DNA from: an uncultured Candidatus Rokubacteria bacterium
GTDB lineage: Bacteria > Methylomirabilota > Methylomirabilia > Rokubacteriales > DASRDR01
Assembly: GCA_963805625.1 (NCBI GenBank)
Contig: CAWDVE010000013.1
Coordinates: forward strand, 416,001 to 480,000
DNA: 64,000 nucleotides
Direction: 5' to 3'
Shown here: in pieces, positions 58,726 to 64,000 of the stretch
How positions within the stretch are numbered: position 1 is the stretch's first letter
How the letters are laid out: every line of letters begins with the position of its first letter
The notes under the pieces: generated by a model
What the model was told of the DNA's origin: nothing
The model's input: the letters and a program-made list of their open reading frames with translations, nothing else
The model's database searches: none
Program-made: the position numbers and the translations under genes

Positions 58726-61700
58726 TCAGGCCTCGGCGCCGAGGGCCCGTGCCTCTTCGTGGAAGCGCCGGACGTTCCGCAGCTTGACGTCCTCGTAGCC
58801 GCGCACGATGTCGGGGAGGCGCGCGATCCGCACGGCGCGCTCGTGGCGCTCGGGACCGAGGTCGCGGAGCGCGCGCTCCACCATGCCCCGGTACTCGGCG
58901 ACGAGCGCCCGCTCGACCCGGCGGACCCGTGCGAAGCCGAACGGATCGAGCGCGGTGCCCCGGAGACGGCGCAGCGCGACCAGCAGCCGGAACACGCCCT
59001 CGATCCACGCGCCGAGCGAGAGCTTCCGCTTCATGCCCAGCGCCCGGAGGATCGGCGGCTGGAGCTCATAGCGCACCTTGGCCTCGCCCATCTCCGCCTG
59101 GATCGACGCGCGGACCTCGGGCCGCAGGTGGAGCCGCGCCACCTCGTACTCGTCCTTGTAGGCCATCAGCTTGTAGAGATGGCGCGCCACCGTCTCGGCG
59201 AGCTTAGTCTCGCCAGGCACAGCCGTCCGCTCCGCCTCGGCGACCGTCCGGACGAAGTCGACGTACCGGCGCGCGTACTCCCCGTCCTGGTACGCGATCA
59301 GCTCAGGGACCCGGATCTCGAGCAGCCGCCGCAGCTCGCCGCTCGCTCCCAGGGAGTCGATCAGAGCGCACGCCTCGAGCCCGAGCTCTCCCCGCACGGC
59401 CACGGCACCCGCGCGGCCGCGCTCGATCGTCCCCACCCATCCGGGATCGGCGACCAGAAGCCGGCCGACGCGGAACGCCTGGGCGTTCATCTCGACCTGG
59501 ACGCCGTTGATCGCGATGGCCTCCTCGATCGCCGCGGCCCGCACGGGGATCGCCCCCGCCTGGTAGGCCGCGCCCAGCAGGATCATGTTGGCGGCCATGT
59601 GGTCGCCGAAGAGGGACTCGCCCAGGCCGAGGGCGTCGACGAACACGTTCTCGTCCTTCCGGGTCACCCGGTTGACCGACGCGATGAGCCCGCCCGGGTC
59701 GGGGAACGCGACGTCGGTCGAGGCCACCATCGCGCCCGTCGGCACCTGGGTGGTCGAGACGACGGCGATCGTGAGATCAGGCCGCGCGCGCAGGAGATTC
59801 GGCGCCGAGGTCGCGACGAGCAGGTCGAAGCCCAGGTAGAGGTCGGCCTCGGCGACGCCCACCTTGCCGGCGATGTCGGCCGCGGTCTCGCCGATGCGAA
59901 GGTGCGAGACTACCGGCCCGCCCTTTTGGCTGAGACCGGTCTGGTCGAGGCCCGCGACGTGCTTGCCGTCGAGGAGTGCGGCGGTCCCCAGGATCTGGTT
60001 CACGGTCACGACGCCGGTGCCCCCGATCCCCATCAGGAAGAGGCTCGCCGTCCTCCGAACGCGCAGCTCGGGCTCAGGCAGGCTCCGGTCGACGACGTAG
60101 CGCTTCCGGGGCCTGGGGCGCAGCCCCCCCGCCGGCACCACCGTGAGGAAGGAGGGGCAGTCACCCCGGAGGCACGAGTAGTCCTTGTTGCAGGACGACT
60201 GGTGGATCTGGGTCTTGCGACCGAACTCCGTCTCGACCGGCTGGACGGACAGACAGTTCGACTTGACGCCGCAGTCGCCGCATCCCTCGCACACGAGCTC
60301 GTTGATGACCACGCGCATGGCGGGATCGGGAAGCTTGCCGCGCTTCCGGAGCCGCCGCTTCTCGGCGGCGCAGCGCTGGTCGTAGATCAGGGCCGTGACC
60401 CCGGGCGCCTCCCGAAGGATCCGCTGGGCCTCGTCCAGGCGGTCCCGGTGCCAGACCTCTACGCCGGGCGCCCAGCGCGCGCCCTGTGGATACTTTTCCG
60501 GCTCGTCGGTGAGCACCAGGATGCGCCCCACGCCCTCGGCGTCGAGCTGGCGGGTGAGCGCCGGCACGGGCACCGCCCCCGCCGCGTCCTGGCCGCCGGT
60601 CATCGCGACCGCGGAGTTGTACAGGATCTTGAAGGTCACGCGGGTACCCGCCGCGACCGCCTGGCGGATCGCGAGAGATCCCGAGTGGAACAGGGTGCCG
60701 TCGCCGAGCTGCTGGAAGAGGTGCGGCACGTCGACGAACGGCGCGAGGCCCACCCACTGGACGCCTTCGCCTCCCATCTGGGTGATCCCGATGACGTTCC
60801 GCCCCATGTTCATCGCCAGGCCGTGACAGCCGATCCCGCCGGCAGCCATCGAGCCCTCGGGTACCACGGTCGACCGGTTGTGGGGGCACCCGGAGCAGAA
60901 GTAGGGCGGGCGGGCCAGGGTGAGCGAGATCGGCCGCTCGCGCGCCGCCTCGATGACCGCGACGCGCGCCCGGACGGAGTCCAGAGCGATCCGGCGCTCG
61001 AGACGACGGGCGACCACCCGGGCCACGACGTCGGCGTCGAGCTCCCCGTCCGCCGGAACGAGGATCTGGCCGGCGTCGTCCCGCTTGCCCACGATGCGGG
61101 GGCGGTCGGGTAGCTCGTAGAGCGCCTCGCGGAGGAGCAACTCGAGGAAGCCGCGCTTCTCCTCGACCACGAGTAGCTCCTCGAGCCCGCGGGCGAACTC
61201 CCGGACGATCCCCCGTTCCAGCGGGTAGAGCATCCCGAGCTTGAGGAGCCGGATCCCGTGACGGCGAAGCGCCGCGTCGTCGAGACCCAGGTCGCCCAGC
61301 GCCTGCCGGAGGTCGTAGTAGGTCTTGCCCGCCGACGCGATGCCGAGCCACGCGCCGGGCGTCTCCACCGTGATCCGGTTGAGCCCGTTGGCGGCGGCGA
61401 ACGCCCGGGCGGCCTCGAGGCGTCCGTACACGATCTCGCGCTCGGCGTCGAGCGTGTAGGGCGGCAAGAGCCCCGGGATCTGGCGCACCTCCCACGGGCG
61501 CCCTTCGTAGACGAATCCCGGATCCGCGATCCTCACCCGGTCGGGATGGACTTCTGCGGTGCCCACCGCATCGGCAACGTCGGTCACGACCTTGAAGGCC
61601 ACCCAGAGCCCGGAGTAGCGCGACAGCTCGAAGCCGAGGCGCCCGAGGTCGAGGATGTCCTGGACGCTGCCGGGGAAGAGTACCGGCATCTGGAAGTCGT

Positions 61701-62205
61701 AGAAGGCGACCTCGGAATGGGTGGGCAGGGTGGACGACTTGGCCTGCGGATCGTCGCCGGCCAGCGCCAGCACGCCGCCGTGCCGTCCGATGCCCGCGAA
61801 GTTCGCGTGGCGGAGAATGTCGCCGCTCCGGTCGACGCCGGGCGCCTTGCCATACCACATGCCGAGCACACCGTCGTGGCGCGCGCCCCCGTAGAGGTGA
61901 GCGAGCTGGCTGCCGAACACGGCGGTGGCGCCGAGATCCTCGTTCACGCCCGAGATGAAGACGACCTGGTGCTCGCTCAGGAGGGCTCGGTGGCGCTCGA
62001 CCGTCTGATCCAGCCCGCCGAGGGGCGATCCCCGGTACCCGGAGATGAGGGTCGCCGTGTCGAGGCCACGGCGGCGATCGGCGCGGTGCTGGTCGAGCGG
62101 GAGGCGCACGAGGGCCTGGACGCCGGACATGAAGACGCGGCCGGCCTCGAGTCGATACTTCATCTCGAGGGAGAAGGGCTCAGGGGCCTTCAGGATCGTT
62201 TCCAC
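58726..62205 (-). CDS. Indolepyruvate:ferredoxin oxidoreductase family (fused subunits)
   Basis: SGYRGSPLG, WYGKAPG, FCSGCPHN, GDGTLFHSG, CEGCGDC, GIGGTGV, YKDEYEVARL; start uncertain (up to 62334). Confidence 0.93.
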   Translation of the reverse strand: METILKAPEPFSLEMKYRLEAGRVFMSGVQALVRLPLDQHRADRRRGLDTATLISGYRGSPLGGLDQTVERHRALLSEHQVVFISGVNEDLGATAVFGSQLAHLYGGARHDGVLGMWYGKAPGVDRSGDILRHANFAGIGRHGGVLALAGDDPQAKSSTLPTHSEVAFYDFQMPVLFPGSVQDILDLGRLGFELSRYSGLWVAFKVVTDVADAVGTAEVHPDRVRIADPGFVYEGRPWEVRQIPGLLPPYTLDAEREIVYGRLEAARAFAAANGLNRITVETPGAWLGIASAGKTYYDLRQALGDLGLDDAALRRHGIRLLKLGMLYPLERGIVREFARGLEELLVVEEKRGFLELLLREALYELPDRPRIVGKRDDAGQILVPADGELDADVVARVVARRLERRIALDSVRARVAVIEAARERPISLTLARPPYFCSGCPHNRSTVVPEGSMAAGGIGCHGLAMNMGRNVIGITQMGGEGVQWVGLAPFVDVPHLFQQLGDGTLFHSGSLAIRQAVAAGTRVTFKILYNSAVAMTGGQDAAGAVPVPALTRQLDAEGVGRILVLTDEPEKYPQGARWAPGVEVWHRDRLDEAQRILREAPGVTALIYDQRCAAEKRRLRKRGKLPDPAMRVVINELVCEGCGDCGVKSNCLSVQPVETEFGRKTQIHQSSCNKDYSCLRGDCPSFLTVVPAGGLRPRPRKRYVVDRSLPEPELRVRRTASLFLMGIGGTGVVTVNQILGTAALLDGKHVAGLDQTGLSQKGGPVVSHLRIGETAADIAGKVGVAEADLYLGFDLLVATSAPNLLRARPDLTIAVVSTTQVPTGAMVASTDVAFPDPGGLIASVNRVTRKDENVFVDALGLGESLFGDHMAANMILLGAAYQAGAIPVRAAAIEEAIAINGVQVEMNAQAFRVGRLLVADPGWVGTIERGRAGAVAVRGELGLEACALIDSLGASGELRRLLEIRVPELIAYQDGEYARRYVDFVRTVAEAERTAVPGETKLAETVARHLYKLMAYKDEYEVARLHLRPEVRASIQAEMGEAKVRYELQPPILRALGMKRKLSLGAWIEGVFRLLVALRRLRGTALDPFGFARVRRVERALVAEYRGMVERALRDLGPERHERAVRIARLPDIVRGYEDVKLRNVRRFHEEARALGAEA

Positions 62206-62293
62206 GCCGCCGCTCCTCGACTGCCCACCAGAAACGCGAAAGGGGCCCGCCGGCCCCTCGCCGCTCGCTCGCGTCCACCCGACGTCCCGTGCG

Positions 62294-62512
62294 TCAGTGG
62301 CAGCCGCACCCGCCCCGGCCGCACCCACAACCACCGCCGCTCGCCGGGCTCGCCGAAGCCACGAACCCCTGCCCGCTCTTGAACCCGAACAGGGACAGGA
62401 GACGCGTCACGTCCGTGCTGTCACAGGCCGGGCACGCGACCGCCTGTTGTGAGTGCACGAGACGCTCGAACGACCGACCGCAGGCGGCGCAGCGGTACTC
62501 GTAGATCGGCAT
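62294..62512 (-). CDS. FmdB family zinc-ribbon protein
   Basis: MPIYEYRCAACG...CPAC; tail GCGCGRGGCGCH. Confidence 0.9.
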   Translation of the reverse strand: MPIYEYRCAACGRSFERLVHSQQAVACPACDSTDVTRLLSLFGFKSGQGFVASASPASGGGCGCGRGGCGCH

Positions 62513-62517
62513 CGAGC

Positions 62518-62718
62518 TTACTGCCCGCCCCGCTGGACGTAGCTCTTCACGAACTCCTCGGCGTTCTCCTCGAGGATGTCGTCGATCTCGTCCAGGAGCT
62601 TGTCGAGGTCTTCCTTGATCTTCTTGCCCTTCTTGGACACCTCGGGGTTCGCAGCCGCCCCCTCGCCGTCCCCGTCACCCTTCGGCCGCTCGACCTTCTT
62701 CTTCTGTTGCTCGGCCAT
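62518..62718 (-). CDS. pup: Prokaryotic ubiquitin-like protein Pup
   Basis: LDKLLDEIDDILEENAEEFVKSYVQRGGQ, the Pup C-terminal signature ending GGQ. Confidence 0.93.
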   Translation of the reverse strand: MAEQQKKKVERPKGDGDGEGAAANPEVSKKGKKIKEDLDKLLDEIDDILEENAEEFVKSYVQRGGQ

Positions 62719-62727
62719 GTCGCCCCC

Positions 62728-63282
62728 TTACACCTTGGGCAGCACGATGCCCTGCTGCGCCTGGTACTTTCCCTGGCGGTCCGCATACGAGACGGCGCAG
62801 ACCTCGTCCGACTCGAAGAAGATCACCTGGGCAATGCCCTCGTTCGCGTAGATACGGGCCGGGAGCGGTGTCGTGTTCGAGATCTCGAGAGTCACGAACC
62901 CCTCCCACTCCGGCTCGAACGGTGTCACGTTCGTGATGATGCCGCATCGCGCGTAGGTGGACTTGCCGACACAGATCGTCATCACGTTGCGCGGGATGCG
63001 GAAGTACTCGATCGACCGGCCGAGCGCGAACGAGTTGGGCGGGATCACGCACATGTCGCCCTGGAAGTCCACGAAGGACCGCGAGTCGAACGCCTTGGGG
63101 TCGACGACCGTGTTGAAGACGTTCGTGAAGATCTTGAAGGAATCCGCGATCCGGATGTCGTAGCCGTAGGAAGACAGGCCGTAGGAGATCACGCCCGTGC
63201 GAAACTGCCGTTCCTCGAAGGGCTCGATCATGCCCTTGTCGACGGCCATCCGCTTGATCCAGCGATCGCTTTTGATCGTCAC
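62728..63282 (-). CDS. dcd: dCTP deaminase
   Basis: [38 protein letters not shown]. Confidence 0.95.
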   Translation of the reverse strand: MTIKSDRWIKRMAVDKGMIEPFEERQFRTGVISYGLSSYGYDIRIADSFKIFTNVFNTVVDPKAFDSRSFVDFQGDMCVIPPNSFALGRSIEYFRIPRNVMTICVGKSTYARCGIITNVTPFEPEWEGFVTLEISNTTPLPARIYANEGIAQVIFFESDEVCAVSYADRQGKYQAQQGIVLPKV

Positions 63283-63413
63283 GCCGACACCGGCGCGGGG
63301 ACGGCCGGCCGATCCCCGTAGCCCAGGCTCAGGGTAGCCCCCGGCACTAGGGCAGTCAAGCCTTTTACCACTCTCTTGCCGCCCGCGGGGCCGACGGGGG
63401 AGCGGTCCGCCCT

Positions 63414-63656
63414 GTGCTAGAGTACGTGTCGATGCGCCCCGAGGAAACGCCCGAGCCCGTCCTGACGCCGCGCCTGCGTCTCGGGTTCGGGATGCTCGCT
63501 TTCGGCCTCGGGCTCATGTTCTTCTCGGGCAAGGTCCTCCCGAGCCCACTGCCCGCCGGCATCGCGGGCGGGATCACGCTGGGAATCGCCGGGCTCGTCG
63601 TGGTGATCGTGGACGCGCTGCGCGAGCCGCCGGAGGGACCGACTCAGTCCCGGTAG
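63414..63656 (+). CDS. Small two-TM membrane protein
   Basis: [15 protein letters not shown]...[10 protein letters not shown]. Confidence 0.55.
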   Translation: MLEYVSMRPEETPEPVLTPRLRLGFGMLAFGLGLMFFSGKVLPSPLPAGIAGGITLGIAGLVVVIVDALREPPEGPTQSR

Positions 63657-63991
63657 GCCGGGCTGCGCCGACTCGCGGGTCGGCCACCCCCGCTGCCTCG
63701 CTTCTGGAAGCAATCACGGCAGTAGACCGGCTTCCCCGCCGTCGGCCGGAACGGGACCTGCGTCTCCTTGCCGCACTCCGAGCACACGGCGGGGTGGAGC
63801 GCGCGGTTCCCGGTGTCCGAGCCCGCCGATCCGCCACCCCCTGCCCCGCCCTTCCGCGTGGTCCGGCAGGTCTTGCACCGGGTTGGTTCGTGCTCGAATC
63901 CCTTCTCGGCATAGAAGCTCTGCTCACCGGCGGTGAACATGAACTCTTTGCCGCAGTCACGGCACGTCAGCATCTTGTCCTGGAAGCTCAT
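63644..63991 (-). CDS. Zinc-ribbon CxxC-x17-CxxC domain protein
   Basis: CRDCGKEFMFTAGEQ...RCKTC; CSECG...VPFRP...VYCRDC. Confidence 0.9.
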   Translation of the reverse strand: MSFQDKMLTCRDCGKEFMFTAGEQSFYAEKGFEHEPTRCKTCRTTRKGGAGGGGSAGSDTGNRALHPAVCSECGKETQVPFRPTAGKPVYCRDCFQKRGSGGGRPASRRSPAYRD

Positions 63992-64000
63992 GGTTCGTGC

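Overview
A 64-kb, very GC-rich bacterial window. Its gene families (zinc-ribbon adenylate cyclases, ABC substrate-binding proteins ending 'IPPSVLARADEVIQ', Pup, 'VILDRR' proteins) resemble Ca. Rokubacteria/Methylomirabilota; this is an inference. The left ~38 kb is a mosaic accessory region with many gene fragments (IS21 istB, terminase/recombinase, integrase, internally deleted cyclase), XRE-headed mini-cassettes, two lipid-modification operons and a hydrogenase operon. The right ~25 kb looks like core genome (MoxR/DUF58/VWA, acyl-CoA enzymes, IOR, pup, dcd). Main observation: the group 1 [NiFe]-hydrogenase large-subunit gene has both cysteine codons of its N-terminal Ni-binding RxCGxC motif written as in-frame TGA (RI*GV*), followed by a SECIS-like hairpin. 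A UxxC glutaredoxin missed by the ORF track has a SECIS-like hairpin at the same spacing, which suggests this organism decodes Sec. Together these point to a di-selenocysteine (UxxU) hydrogenase type I do not know to have been characterised, although this copy is 3'-truncated by a deletion into hypD. A second candidate system is a conserved 30-44 bp repeat formed by the 3' end of XRE genes that brackets small variable genes like a cassette recombination site.
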